64,000 nt of DNA from Betaproteobacteria bacterium (lineage in GTDB: Bacteria; Pseudomonadota; Gammaproteobacteria; Burkholderiales; SG8-39): positions 808 to 64,807 of the forward strand of contig SHXR01000012.1 of the NCBI GenBank assembly GCA_009693235.1, written 5' to 3'. The position numbers were made by a program, and so were the translations under genes. This document shows, piece by piece, positions 40,120 through 50,615 of the stretch; the first letter of the stretch is position 1, and every line of letters begins with the position of its first letter. Under the pieces are notes generated by a model. It saw nothing but the letters and a program-made list of their open reading frames with translations. It was not told the DNA's origin and ran no database searches.

Positions 40120-40857
40120 ATGGAGCCCGCCTGGTTCGAGCTGGCTGCACTGATTCCGATCGCGTTTCTGGGTGCATTGATGTATGGCATCACCGGGTTC
40201 GGCTCCGCCCTCGTGACCATTCCGCTTGCCACGCACCTCGTGCCCTTGCCTGTTGCGCCGGCGATCTTCGCGGTGGTCGATTGGGTCACCTCGGTACGGG
40301 TTGGCGTCGAGAACCTGCGACGGATCGTGAAAAGCGAGTGGCTGCGGATATCGTCGACGATCATCATTGGCAGCACGCTTGGCGTGACGGCGCTCCATCA
40401 TTTACCGCGTCACGGCGCGATGATGGCGCTCGGTGTTTTCATCGCCGTCTATTCACTCTACGCGTTGAAGGTGCGCGGCGAAGGTCCAGAAGTGCATCGC
40501 CGGTGGTCGTACCTTGCGGGTGTTGGCGGCGGTTTGTCGGGGACCTTGTTCGGTGCCGGCGGACCGCCCTACGCAATTTATCTTAGCGATCGGCCGCTGA
40601 CGAAAGACGAGTATCGCGCGACGATGTCGGCTACCTCGGTGGTGAACATCACCCTTCGCATCATCGCTTACACGGTGACTGGGCCCCTCATCGATCAGAC
40701 GGTGTGGCTGATGGCGCTGCTATCGTTGCCGGCCGCAATGGCGGGCCTTTACTTTGGGACCAAGGTTTTTCATCGGGTCAATCGTGCCACGCTGGCGCGG
40801 GCCATCGCGGTCGTATTGCTGGTGGCCGGCGGCTCGTTGATCTGGCGCGCGCTTTAG
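40120..40857 (+). CDS. Sulfite exporter TauE/SafE family membrane protein
   Basis: GITGFG, GTLFGAGGPP, hydrophobic multi-TM pattern. Confidence 0.85.
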   Translation: MEPAWFELAALIPIAFLGALMYGITGFGSALVTIPLATHLVPLPVAPAIFAVVDWVTSVRVGVENLRRIVKSEWLRISSTIIIGSTLGVTALHHLPRHGAMMALGVFIAVYSLYALKVRGEGPEVHRRWSYLAGVGGGLSGTLFGAGGPPYAIYLSDRPLTKDEYRATMSATSVVNITLRIIAYTVTGPLIDQTVWLMALLSLPAAMAGLYFGTKVFHRVNRATLARAIAVVLLVAGGSLIWRAL

Positions 40858-40858
40858 C

Positions 40859-41083
40859 TCAGGCCAGCGGGTCTTTGCCCAGCTGCCGCTCCAACAACGA
40901 GATTTGATCTTTCAGCACAAGTTTGCGCTTCTTAATGCGGCGGATCTGCAGCTCATCGCGCACCGGCTCGCCCTCCAGACGCGTGATGACATCATCGAGA
41001 TCCCGATGCTCGAGACGAAGGTCCGCGAGCTTGCCTTCCGGCACCCGGCGTTCTTCGACGGTGAGATCGGGGCCGCGGTTCAT
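40859..41083 (-). CDS. DUF465 (YdcH) family coiled-coil protein
   Basis: [28 protein letters not shown] overlap with lgt. Confidence 0.85.
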   Translation of the reverse strand: MNRGPDLTVEERRVPEGKLADLRLEHRDLDDVITRLEGEPVRDELQIRRIKKRKLVLKDQISLLERQLGKDPLA

Positions 41084-41871
41084 GTGGGCTGCCGGCGGTA
41101 CGACCACACCATCATCCAGATCCCGGCAATCAACATTGGCAGTGATAGCCATTGACCCATCGTGAATCCGAGCGACAGCAGCCCCAAGTAGTCATCGGGT
41201 TCGCGATAAAACTCCACCACAAAGCGGCAGACGCCATAGCTGATGAGGAACAGCCCGGAGACGGCGCCCGTCGGCCGCTGCTTCATCGAGAACATCCACA
41301 GCACGATGAAGAGCGTTACCCCTTCCAAGGCGAATTGATACAACTGCGACGGGTGCCGCGGCAGATTGCCCGCGCCCGCCACACGGAACACCATGCCCCA
41401 TGCGACATCGGTGACGCGGCCGTAGAGTTCGGCATTGATGAAATTGCCGATCCGCCCGGTCGCCAGCCCGATCGGGACCATCGGGACAATGAAGTCGGTG
41501 AGCGCAAGCCAATGGATTTTGTGATTGCGGGCGACCAGGAGGGCCGCGACCAGCACGCCAAGAAATCCGCCATGAAACGACATGCCGCCTTCCCAGACCT
41601 TGATGATGTCGAGCGGATTACCAAGAAAATGCAACGGCTTGTAGAACAGCACATAGCCCAGGCGTCCACCCAGGATGACGCCCAGCACCCCGTAGAACAA
41701 CATATCGTCTACCAGTTGATAGGTCGCGCCCGACCATGGTTGGGTACGACTGCGGCGCCTGGCAAGAAAAAAGAATGCGGCAAAGCCGATGAGATACATG
41801 AGCCCATACCAGCGTATGGCGATGGGCCCGATCTGGAGCGCGATGGGGTCGAAATTTGGGTGAACAAGCAC
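41080..41871 (-). CDS. lgt: Prolipoprotein diacylglyceryl transferase
   Basis: [46 protein letters not shown]. Confidence 0.97.
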   Translation of the reverse strand: MLVHPNFDPIALQIGPIAIRWYGLMYLIGFAAFFFLARRRSRTQPWSGATYQLVDDMLFYGVLGVILGGRLGYVLFYKPLHFLGNPLDIIKVWEGGMSFHGGFLGVLVAALLVARNHKIHWLALTDFIVPMVPIGLATGRIGNFINAELYGRVTDVAWGMVFRVAGAGNLPRHPSQLYQFALEGVTLFIVLWMFSMKQRPTGAVSGLFLISYGVCRFVVEFYREPDDYLGLLSLGFTMGQWLSLPMLIAGIWMMVWSYRRQPT

Positions 41872-42058
41872 TGGGAGCGGCAGATTTTGTGAGGCGAACC
41901 GGAATTATAGGTCGCAAGTGGATGACTCAACCGAGAGATTCCGCGCAACCGTTCTCGAATGGCGATCGGCGGTTGACCCGACGTGCGCGGGCAGTGTCCA
42001 TCAGCCCGGGATAAAATCAGCCGATCTGTTCTTCATCGATCCAATCAAAGGAGTTTTC

Positions 42059-43735
42059 ATGGCCGACAACTGGCGCAGCCGCACCATCACGGGCGGTGTG
42101 GCCCGCTCACCGAATCGCGCGATGCTGCGCGCTGTTGGCTTTGGCGACGGCGATTTTGAGAAGCCGATCGTGGGGGTCGCCAATGGCCACTCCACCATGA
42201 ATCCCTGCAATGCCGGCATTCAGCCGCTGGTCGATAGCGCTATCGAGGCTTTGCGAAAAGCGGGGGCCATGCCGCAAGTATTCGGTGTGCCGACGGTCAC
42301 CGATGGCATCGGTATGGGTACCGAGGCGATGAAATATTCGCTCGTCTCGCGTGAGGTCATCGCCGATGCGATCGAAACATCCGTCAACGGTCAGGCGATG
42401 GATGGCGCGCTGGTGGTGGGCGGCTGCGACAAGAACATGCCGGGCGGCATGATGGCTATTGCGCGGATGAACGTGCCCGCCATCTACGTCTATGCCGGCA
42501 CGATCAAGCCGGGTAAATGGAAAGGGCAGGATCTCACCATCGTGTCGGCCTTCGAGGCCGTCGGTGCTTTTGCGGCCGGCAAGATGGGCAAGGAAGATTT
42601 TGAGGGCATCGAGCGGAACGCCTGTCCGTCGGTTGGCGCTTGCGGCGGGATGTACACCGCCAACACAATGTCTTCGTCGTTCGAAGCCTTAGGGATGAGC
42701 TTGCTGGGTTCGTCGCAGATGGCTTCCCCAGATGGCGAAAAGGCCGACTCCGCGGCTGAATCGGCGCGGGTGCTGGTCAATGCGATCAAGCGGAACATCC
42801 GCGCGCGCGATGTGATCACCCGTAATTCCATCGAAAACGCGGTGGCGTTGATTATGGCCACTGGCGGCTCCACCAATGCCGTGCTGCACTTCCTCGCGAT
42901 CGCACATGCCGCCGAAGTCGAGTGGACCATCGATGATTTCGAACGGGTGCGCCAGCGCGTACCGGTGCTTTGCGATCTGAAGCCATCCGGACGCTTCGTC
43001 GCGGTCGACTTCCATCGTGCGGGCGGTGTGCCGCAAGTGTTAAAGATCCTGCTTGCCAATGGGCGCTTGCACGGCGATTGCATGACGATCACCGGTCGCA
43101 CCATGGCGCAAGAACTGGCGAACATTCCCGCCGAGCCCCGCCGGGACCAGGAAGTCATTCGTCCATGGTCGAACCCCATGTATCCACACGGACATCTCGC
43201 GATTCTGAAAGGCAATCTCTCGCCTGAAGGGTGCGTCGCCAAAATCACCGGCCTCAAGAATCCGTCGATCACAGGGCCTGCGCGGGTGTTCAATTCCGAG
43301 AACGAGACGATGGAAGCGATCATGGCGCGCAAGATCAAGCCGGGCGATGTGATCGTGATCCGCTATGAGGGGCCGCAGGGTGGCCCAGGCATGCAGGAAA
43401 TGCTCGCACCGACCTCGGCCTTGATCGGTCAAGGCCTGGGCGAATCGGTCGGTTTGATTACCGATGGCCGCTTCTCTGGCGGTACCTGGGGCATGGTGGT
43501 CGGACATGTCTCGCCCGAAGCGCATGTTGGCGGGCCGATCGGGCTGGTCCATGAAGGCGATTCCATTACCATCGACGCACATAAACGGCTGTTGCAATTG
43601 AATGTGCCGGACGCCGAAATGGCCAAACGCAAAGCGGCATGGCAGCAGCCGGCGCCAAAGTACAAGCGCGGTTTGCTCGCGAAATATGCGCGGATCGTGT
43701 CGACCGCGAGTCGCGGTGCGGTGACCGACGGCTAG
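42059..43735 (+). CDS. ilvD: Dihydroxy-acid dehydratase
   Basis: [50 protein letters not shown]. Confidence 0.95.
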   Translation: MADNWRSRTITGGVARSPNRAMLRAVGFGDGDFEKPIVGVANGHSTMNPCNAGIQPLVDSAIEALRKAGAMPQVFGVPTVTDGIGMGTEAMKYSLVSREVIADAIETSVNGQAMDGALVVGGCDKNMPGGMMAIARMNVPAIYVYAGTIKPGKWKGQDLTIVSAFEAVGAFAAGKMGKEDFEGIERNACPSVGACGGMYTANTMSSSFEALGMSLLGSSQMASPDGEKADSAAESARVLVNAIKRNIRARDVITRNSIENAVALIMATGGSTNAVLHFLAIAHAAEVEWTIDDFERVRQRVPVLCDLKPSGRFVAVDFHRAGGVPQVLKILLANGRLHGDCMTITGRTMAQELANIPAEPRRDQEVIRPWSNPMYPHGHLAILKGNLSPEGCVAKITGLKNPSITGPARVFNSENETMEAIMARKIKPGDVIVIRYEGPQGGPGMQEMLAPTSALIGQGLGESVGLITDGRFSGGTWGMVVGHVSPEAHVGGPIGLVHEGDSITIDAHKRLLQLNVPDAEMAKRKAAWQQPAPKYKRGLLAKYARIVSTASRGAVTDG

Positions 43736-43749
43736 TTGTTGGGCTGCCG

Positions 43750-44584
43750 ATGCGACGTGGTATTGCGCAGAGCGGTGTTTGGCTAATGATGCTCGGACTG
43801 CTCGCCCCAGTGGCGGGCGCCCGCGCCGATCTGCTGACCGCGATCAACAAATTACTTGCCGGTGGGTGTGGTGCCAAGCAGGCCGCCCCGTTCCAATGCA
43901 AAGCTTGATGCGACGGCGCGTGGCCTTGCCAATTCGCGCCCGATGCAGGAAGCGATGTCTCAGGCCGGCTATCCGAGTATGAAGTCGATGTCGATTCAGG
44001 TATCGGGCGCAACCAGCGAGGCCGGGGTGGTCGCCTTTTTGCAGCCGCGCCATTGTGCGGCGTTGACCGATAGCGCATTTAAGGACATCGGTATCCATCG
44101 TGATGGCGCCAATGTGTGGATCGTCTTGGGTGCTCCTTTTCTGGCGCCGGCGGTGCAGGACGCGCCCCACGTTGCGCGCAAGGTGCTGGAGCTGGTCAAC
44201 CAGGCGCGGGCCACGGCGCGCTCTTGTGGCACCACAAGCTTGGTCGTCGCGCTGCCGCTTAAGGCGAATCCATTGCTCACCAAAGCTGCGCAATTGCACG
44301 CCAATGATATGGCAGAGGGGAGCCATTTCAGTCACACCGGGCGGGATGGCAGCGCGCCGTCTGCACGCGTGACCCGCGTCGGATACGCCTGGCAAATGAC
44401 CAGTGAAAACATTGCCGCCGGGGCGGGCTCAGCGGAAGAAACGGTGGCCGGATGGCTCAACAGCCCGCCGCATTGCGCAAACATCATGGAGGCGCGTTAT
44501 ACCGAGCATGGCGTCGCGTTCGCCATCAATGAGAAGAGCAAAGGGCGCATCTACTGGGCGCAGGTCTTTGGTCGGCCGTTTTAG
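43750..44584 (+). pseudogene. Secreted CAP/SCP-domain protein, frameshifted near 43885-43892
   Basis: Signal peptide and GGCG in one frame, then (R)SNAKLD..AR, HCAAL, VNQARA..RSCG, FSHTG.DGS, ENIAAG, WLNSPPHCANIM in another frame. Confidence 0.78.
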
Positions 44585-44602
44585 CCGCGGGGAGGGCGGG
44601 CG

Positions 44603-46225
44603 CTACGCCGCCGTAGTGCCGCGCTCGCTCCTGCGCCGTGCCAGGTCGGTGGCGACCAGGTAGGTCCACACCGGAGGTTCCTTGGCAATGTGAAAGGCGC
44701 GCTTGCGATCCCGCACTTCCTGCTCGCCCACCGTCAAGCGATCGCGATGCCGCAGAAACTCGACCCATGACTCTTCCACCCACTGCTCGACATAACGACC
44801 CGCGTTGGCCGGGTCGCGAAACAATGCCCATGAGATCGCACCGGCGCGGAGCCGCAATCGCCGGCTTTCCTGCATCAGCGTCGCGAAGGGTTCTTCATTT
44901 GCTGGGTCGATGAGATATTCGATCATCACTTGCACTGGCCCCTCGTCATGATCGATCGGCGTGGCCATCGCAGGCTCCGGCCAGTAGCGGGACGGCGTTA
45001 GGTCTTCCTCGGCGACGCCGGTGACAGGATAAAACCGGATCAAGGTGATGCTTACGAGTGCGCCGCATGCCGCTACGGCGAAGGCGGCGGAAATGGTCCA
45101 AACGCTGGCGATCTGTCCCCATATGGCTGACCCGAACGCGCCACCACCCATGAACGCCATTTGCATCGCCGCCAGGCCGCGACCGCGCACCCAGGCCGGT
45201 AGAAGAAATTGTGCGGTGACGCCGAGGATCGATGCAACCGTCAACCAGGCATAGCCCGCCATCACCATGGCGAGCGCAAGCATGATGAGGTTGGTCGACA
45301 AGGCAAACGTCATCGATGCCATCGCTTGCATGGCGATCGCGCTGCTCACCAATTGATCGCGCGAGAGCTTGGTGCGAAGCCACGTCATGGTCGGCAGGAC
45401 GATGATCGCGCCCAGACCGAACAGGCCGAACAACATCGTGTAGGTGCTCGATGCGCCATCCAGTTCGTCCCGCACGACGACCGGCAATAAGGCGAGCTGT
45501 ACGATGGCGAAGAAAAAATAGGCAAAGCTGCGGATGAGCACGGCACGCAGCGCAGGCGTCTGACGTGCGAACTGCAGGCCGACCCGGATAGCGCCGAAAA
45601 ATCGCTCCGAGGGCAGTGTGCTCGCCCGCGCACGGGGCCTGCGCCAGCGCACCAGCATGACCGTGAGCGCGAGCATCGCCACGCCATTGATCAGGTAGAC
45701 GTACGCCGGTTCGCCCCAGGCGATGATGATGCCGACGATGGTCGGGCCGAAGATGCGCGAGGCGTTCATCGACGCGCCGTTCCAGACCACCGCACGCGGC
45801 ACGGCGATGCGCGGCAAGACCTCTTGCATGATTGATGAGTAGGCGGGCAGGCGAATGGCGAAGGTCACACCCATCGCCAGTGATGCGATCAACAAGAGAG
45901 CAGGCGACAAGTAGCCGGCGAGAATCGAGATGCCGACGGCGAAACTTACGAAGGTCACCAGCGAATAGGCGACCACAATGATGCGCCGACGATCGACCAG
46001 ATCAGACAGCGCCCCGCTGGGTAGGGCAAGCAGAAACGCGGGCAGCGCGGTGAAGCCCTGCAATAGCGCGACTTCAAGCGGTGTGGCGTTGAGTGAAGCC
46101 ATCAACCAGCCGGACGCCGCCTCATGCATCCATCCACAGAGATTAGCGCCGATCCACAGCCCAAACAGCAACTTAAACGGCCGCGACGCCCAAGGATTGT
46201 CAGAGGGCGTCACAGTAGTCGTCAA
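44603..46225 (-). CDS. MFS transporter (MFS_3 type with C-terminal soluble domain)
   Basis: GALSDLVDRRR motif A, about 12 TM segments, C-terminal GPV.V.IEY...RRLRAGA..W. TTG start overlaps the upstream TGA. Confidence 0.9.
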   Translation of the reverse strand: MTTTVTPSDNPWASRPFKLLFGLWIGANLCGWMHEAASGWLMASLNATPLEVALLQGFTALPAFLLALPSGALSDLVDRRRIIVVAYSLVTFVSFAVGISILAGYLSPALLLIASLAMGVTFAIRLPAYSSIMQEVLPRIAVPRAVVWNGASMNASRIFGPTIVGIIIAWGEPAYVYLINGVAMLALTVMLVRWRRPRARASTLPSERFFGAIRVGLQFARQTPALRAVLIRSFAYFFFAIVQLALLPVVVRDELDGASSTYTMLFGLFGLGAIIVLPTMTWLRTKLSRDQLVSSAIAMQAMASMTFALSTNLIMLALAMVMAGYAWLTVASILGVTAQFLLPAWVRGRGLAAMQMAFMGGGAFGSAIWGQIASVWTISAAFAVAACGALVSITLIRFYPVTGVAEEDLTPSRYWPEPAMATPIDHDEGPVQVMIEYLIDPANEEPFATLMQESRRLRLRAGAISWALFRDPANAGRYVEQWVEESWVEFLRHRDRLTVGEQEVRDRKRAFHIAKEPPVWTYLVATDLARRRSERGTTAA

Positions 46226-47838
46226 ACGTGCGCCGGCATGCCGCCCATGCGGGCCGGCGCCGCACGCTTTCCGGATCCTCTTTGTGGCGCACTCGGTAAG
46301 GCGAAGCCTTGTTGAAAGCTCACCTGTGTGACGATCGCGAATTTCCACCAGAAGCCGCCGATGAGCACGGATATTCCGGCGATGGGCAACAAGATTGCGG
46401 GGTCAACGGGCGCTATCAGTGCGACAAAGAAAAGCAGCGCGGGGAGGATGTGGCCGGTGCTATGGATGATCGGCGCGAGATCATCCAATGCGCGACGCGC
46501 AAGCGGCGGGATACCGTCTTGTTTGGCCATGCTGCGATAGGTGTGGAAGAGTGCCGCATTGACGATGGTGAGAATGAGCCCTGCTCCAACAATCATCAAC
46601 GATGGTTTGACTGCTGCAAAGCCCGTCAGCAATGCGATGGCACCCACGCCTTCAACAAGACCGCTGGCGAGAATCATCGCGGGAATCAATGGCGCTCGCC
46701 ATGCGGGGATACCTTTGGCCGCGTGCAGGATCTGCGCCTGGCAGTAGACAAAACCGATCGCGGCAAACGCAATGAGCGTCTCGATCACCGGATGCGGCCA
46801 GATGAGCTCCGCGCCTAACGCGCCAAATAACACCACCACGATATAGAGCTCACGCGACATCCATGAGGTATTCGGTCGTGAAAACGCGCGCCAGAAGCGT
46901 TGTTGTCGTCCGATCTTGAGAAAAACACACAACAGACCGATCGACATCAAGCCCGCACCAAGTAGATAGAACTTGGTGAGACGGGCCGGCTCAATCAGCC
47001 CCACGGTGCTTGCAGCATATGCGGCAAAGATCAAGCCGCCGGCCATTCCGCCGAAGCACCAGTTCATCGCCGCGCGCCAATCCCAGAATGTCTGGAGCTT
47101 GCCCACCAGCGGGTTGCTGAGATCGGCCATGCGTTCATCGTCGTTCTCATCTACGCCGATATCGCGGCCGGGTGTGGCCGGTGCCTCGTAGAGATACTTG
47201 ATCTGCGGATCGGTGCCGAGCTCCGCATGCATCTGGAAGCTTTTGTTGTTGGCCACCAATTGCGAAACATTGCTTGCCGCATTGTTGAAGTCACCGAACG
47301 TGATCGCCTGGGCAATACAGGAGGCTGAACACGCCGGCGTCACATCCAAGTCGACGCCGGGCGTGAGGCCACGCTCCTTTGCTTCGTCGACCTTTTCCAC
47401 ACAGAACGTACATTTCTGCGCTACGCCAAGCCGCTCGGGATGCGCAACAGCTTTCTCTTGCTTGGTCTCGACGCCGTAATACCAGCGCTCATCATGGACG
47501 ATGGTGCGCGCCTGATAAGGACATGACACCGCGCAGTAGGCGCAACCGATGCAGACGTCGTAGTTCATCGTGACGAGGCCGTCGGCACGTTGCTGCGTGG
47601 CACCGGTGGGACATACCGGTACGCAAGGGGGTTCGGCGCAATGTTGGCAGCCGGTCACCATGAACACGCGTTCGACATCTGGGAACGTGCCGGTCTCGAT
47701 ATCGAGCACGCGCCGCCATTGCACGCCGGGTACGGTGTCATTCGAGTGCTTGCAGGCGATCGTGCAGGTTTGGCAACCGACGCAGCGGTTGAGATCGACC
47801 ACCATGCCCCAGCGCAAGGTTTTTTCTGTATCGCTCAT
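46222..47838 (-). CDS. Fused 4Fe-4S electron-transfer subunit (PadC/DmsB-like) and membrane anchor (PadD/DmsC-like)
   Basis: CVGCQTC..AC, CQHCAEPPC..VCP, CIGCAYC..SCP, CTFC...PAC...C, then QTFWDWRAA, SWMSRE and hydrophobic helices. Confidence 0.88.
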   Translation of the reverse strand: MSDTEKTLRWGMVVDLNRCVGCQTCTIACKHSNDTVPGVQWRRVLDIETGTFPDVERVFMVTGCQHCAEPPCVPVCPTGATQQRADGLVTMNYDVCIGCAYCAVSCPYQARTIVHDERWYYGVETKQEKAVAHPERLGVAQKCTFCVEKVDEAKERGLTPGVDLDVTPACSASCIAQAITFGDFNNAASNVSQLVANNKSFQMHAELGTDPQIKYLYEAPATPGRDIGVDENDDERMADLSNPLVGKLQTFWDWRAAMNWCFGGMAGGLIFAAYAASTVGLIEPARLTKFYLLGAGLMSIGLLCVFLKIGRQQRFWRAFSRPNTSWMSRELYIVVVLFGALGAELIWPHPVIETLIAFAAIGFVYCQAQILHAAKGIPAWRAPLIPAMILASGLVEGVGAIALLTGFAAVKPSLMIVGAGLILTIVNAALFHTYRSMAKQDGIPPLARRALDDLAPIIHSTGHILPALLFFVALIAPVDPAILLPIAGISVLIGGFWWKFAIVTQVSFQQGFALPSAPQRGSGKRAAPARMGGMPAHV

Positions 47839-50561
47839 GCGGCAACCTTCGCGGCTTTGTAGAGTTTGACCCGCACGATGTCGGAGCCGCTACCGGTCGA
47901 GTCGGTGAGTGACAAGGAGAGCGCCGACACGGAATTCAAGCTCGGCATATTCAGGTCTTTGGCGAACGGCGTCTTCCAGTGATCGAATTGGCCGATCATG
48001 ACCAGCGTATCGGGCCGGATGCCTTCGCGCAGCACCGCATTGCCGTACGTAATGCCGGTGACCGATTCGATTGCGACCGCATCCCCTTCGGCGATGCCCA
48101 ATCGTTTGGCCGCCGACCGATTGATGATCACACCACGATGTCCGGAGATGTTGTCGGCCACTTCACTGATGAGCGGAATGCCGACGTTCGCGCCCCATGA
48201 GTACTGCATGCTGCGTGCGGTGAGCGCCCAAAATGGATACAGATCGGGGTCGCCGCCATGTTCCCGCACATGTTCCAGCCAGATTTCCGGAAACGGCTGA
48301 TAGGTGGGCATGAACTCGTATTCCTTCAATTGCTCATTCCACCATTGGATGCCGCTCTCATGCAGACGATGCGCCAACTCGCGTCCATGGCGAACCACCC
48401 GTTCTTGATAGGGCAGCTCAAAGCGCAGGTTTTGCCGCACCATCGAGGGATACAGGTACCAGTCGAGCTGCGAGAAGGTGCCCAGCATATAGCCGTGCTC
48501 CTTGAACCAGTCGAGACCATGCACCGCTTTGCCCTCTGAAAGCTCGTGGCTCGCTGCCTTGGCGACGGCCTCCCAGATTTCTTCGCGCGAGTGACGAATA
48601 GTGGGGTCGATCGAATAGTCGAAGCTCTTCTTGCGTAAGCCCATGCCGGCGGCGCCGTGATTGATCGCCTCGTTGTACTCCTCGAGGATGCCTGTGCGCT
48701 TGGCGAGTTCGGTCGACACATCGGTGAGATCCATGCAATCGACCGCATTGTCGATCACCGGTTGACGGATCGCCCAACCTTCGTGTTTCCAGAATTGCTG
48801 GATGAACTTGGTGCTGCCGATGCGAATGAGTTGCAGGCTTTCGAGGTCGGTGGCATCGGGCAGCAACACGTCAGCAAAATGGTTCGTTTCGTCATCGGTG
48901 TAGGCAAACGCCACGATGAACGGAAACTCGGCGAGCCGCTCGGCGACTTCGGGGGCGTTCCATGACGAGATCGCCGGATTGGTGCGATAGCAGAACCAGA
49001 TTTCCGGATTCGTTTGGAGGGGCCAGTTGGCCGGCTGCTCTTTTTGGAAGAGCCAGGGCAGATGCGCGGGCCCGAGGGCCGGCGACCACGGCGAATTCGA
49101 TGACAGCGGTACCAGCGTCTTGAATGCGTTGCGAATATCGGGTTTGGAGGCCCAGTCCGCCTTGGTGGTTGGATTGAACTGATACGTCATGAAACCATCG
49201 GGGCCCGGTTGCACGGAGCCGGTGCGACTCGCCGCCGGACGTACGAGTTTGACGGTTGTGCCCAAGGTGCCGCCCGGTACTTCGAGGGCGCCCACCAGCA
49301 CCGCGAGCATCGTGCGTGCCCAGCAGGTGTGATAGCCGCCCCAGCCGTTGTTCACGCTCTTGCCCAGCATCACCGCAACCGGCCGGAACGGCAGGGTCAT
49401 GCCTTCGATGTCGATCGTCTGCCCGATGCAGGCGTGTGCGAGGTACTCGTCCGCGACCTTGCGGATGATTGCGGCGGGCACATCGCATTCACCGGCCGCC
49501 CACTCGGGCGTATAGCCCTTGACATGATCGAGCAGCAGTTGAAATGAAGGCTTTGCGAGCGCAGCGGCATGTTCAATGATTTCGCCGTCCGGTCCCATCT
49601 CGATGCCCGCAATGGAGTAGGTGCCGGTCAGCGCCGCATCGCCGATCACTGCGTCGTGTGGCTTGGCGGTTTGATCGCGCGCATCGAAAATCAAGGGCTT
49701 CTTCGTTGCGGCGTCGCGCAGAAACCAACCGTTCGGGCCGACCAGATACGGTGAATTCGAGCGCTCCTTCAAGTAAGGAACGTCGCACACTTCCTGCCAA
49801 TTGCGCTCATGGATGATGCGATGGATGAGTCCGAACAGAAACGCCGCATCGGTCTTTGGCTTGATCGGCACCCATTCCGCTGACAACGCGCCGGTGATCG
49901 ATAGATGCGGCTCGACCTGCACCCGCTTGGCGCCGCGCACGCGCGCATCGGCTTCGCGCCAGATCCCCACCACGCCCGAAGACGCTTCGATATTCGCGCC
50001 GCAATTGATCACATAGTTCACATAGGGCGTATCGGGCGAGACGATGAAGGCGCGATGCCAGAGCTCGCCGTAGAGATGCTCCGAGTGGTAGCACTTGATG
50101 CCTTGCCCGGCGCCGTAGCCTTGATCGATCGGTCCCCAAGCCGCCATGAATGCAGGGAACGTGCCCATGTATTGCACTGGTGTGCCACCACCGCCGGTGG
50201 ACACCGCGACCTTCGGATAGCCCGATGCATCGATAAGGCCCTTGGCGCGAATTTCACGCAGCTTCGCACTGACGATATCGAGGGCTTCATCCCACGAAAT
50301 CGGCACAAAGCGAGGATCCTCGTGGCGGCCCTTCTTGGGATTGGTCCGCTTCATCGGCTGCTGAATGCGATTGGGGTTGTAGGTTTTCTGGATCAACCCA
50401 TACGCTTTCACGCAGACCCGCCCGCCGCCAGGATGCTCGTTCTTGATGTCGTAGTTCGACGCGAGGCGCACCGCAACGCCGTCTTTCACCTCGACCTTCA
50501 TGAGATCGGGTCCGGCGACGCATTGGTAGCAGAAGATCGGGACTTTCTTGGAATCGCTCAT
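47835..50561 (-). CDS. padB: DMSO-reductase family molybdopterin oxidoreductase, phenylacetyl-CoA:acceptor oxidoreductase (PadB)-like
   Basis: CYQCVAGPD, HPGGGRVCVKAYGL.QKTYNP.R...PMKRTNPKKG..EDP.FVPISWDEALD, ADVLLPD, RSMQYSWG, GQFDHW. No Tat signal. Confidence 0.8.
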   Translation of the reverse strand: MSDSKKVPIFCYQCVAGPDLMKVEVKDGVAVRLASNYDIKNEHPGGGRVCVKAYGLIQKTYNPNRIQQPMKRTNPKKGRHEDPRFVPISWDEALDIVSAKLREIRAKGLIDASGYPKVAVSTGGGGTPVQYMGTFPAFMAAWGPIDQGYGAGQGIKCYHSEHLYGELWHRAFIVSPDTPYVNYVINCGANIEASSGVVGIWREADARVRGAKRVQVEPHLSITGALSAEWVPIKPKTDAAFLFGLIHRIIHERNWQEVCDVPYLKERSNSPYLVGPNGWFLRDAATKKPLIFDARDQTAKPHDAVIGDAALTGTYSIAGIEMGPDGEIIEHAAALAKPSFQLLLDHVKGYTPEWAAGECDVPAAIIRKVADEYLAHACIGQTIDIEGMTLPFRPVAVMLGKSVNNGWGGYHTCWARTMLAVLVGALEVPGGTLGTTVKLVRPAASRTGSVQPGPDGFMTYQFNPTTKADWASKPDIRNAFKTLVPLSSNSPWSPALGPAHLPWLFQKEQPANWPLQTNPEIWFCYRTNPAISSWNAPEVAERLAEFPFIVAFAYTDDETNHFADVLLPDATDLESLQLIRIGSTKFIQQFWKHEGWAIRQPVIDNAVDCMDLTDVSTELAKRTGILEEYNEAINHGAAGMGLRKKSFDYSIDPTIRHSREEIWEAVAKAASHELSEGKAVHGLDWFKEHGYMLGTFSQLDWYLYPSMVRQNLRFELPYQERVVRHGRELAHRLHESGIQWWNEQLKEYEFMPTYQPFPEIWLEHVREHGGDPDLYPFWALTARSMQYSWGANVGIPLISEVADNISGHRGVIINRSAAKRLGIAEGDAVAIESVTGITYGNAVLREGIRPDTLVMIGQFDHWKTPFAKDLNMPSLNSVSALSLSLTDSTGSGSDIVRVKLYKAAKVAA

Positions 50562-50615
50562 GGTGTTTATTTTTGGAATTGCCGACGCGTCCGCGTGGAC
50601 TAACTTGATGCAATC

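Noticed and set aside
41904-41930. Sigma-70 promoter for lgt (TATAAT on the minus strand)
   Set aside because: The -10 box is perfect, but the best -35 (TTGAGT) has only a 15-bp spacer; insufficient support.
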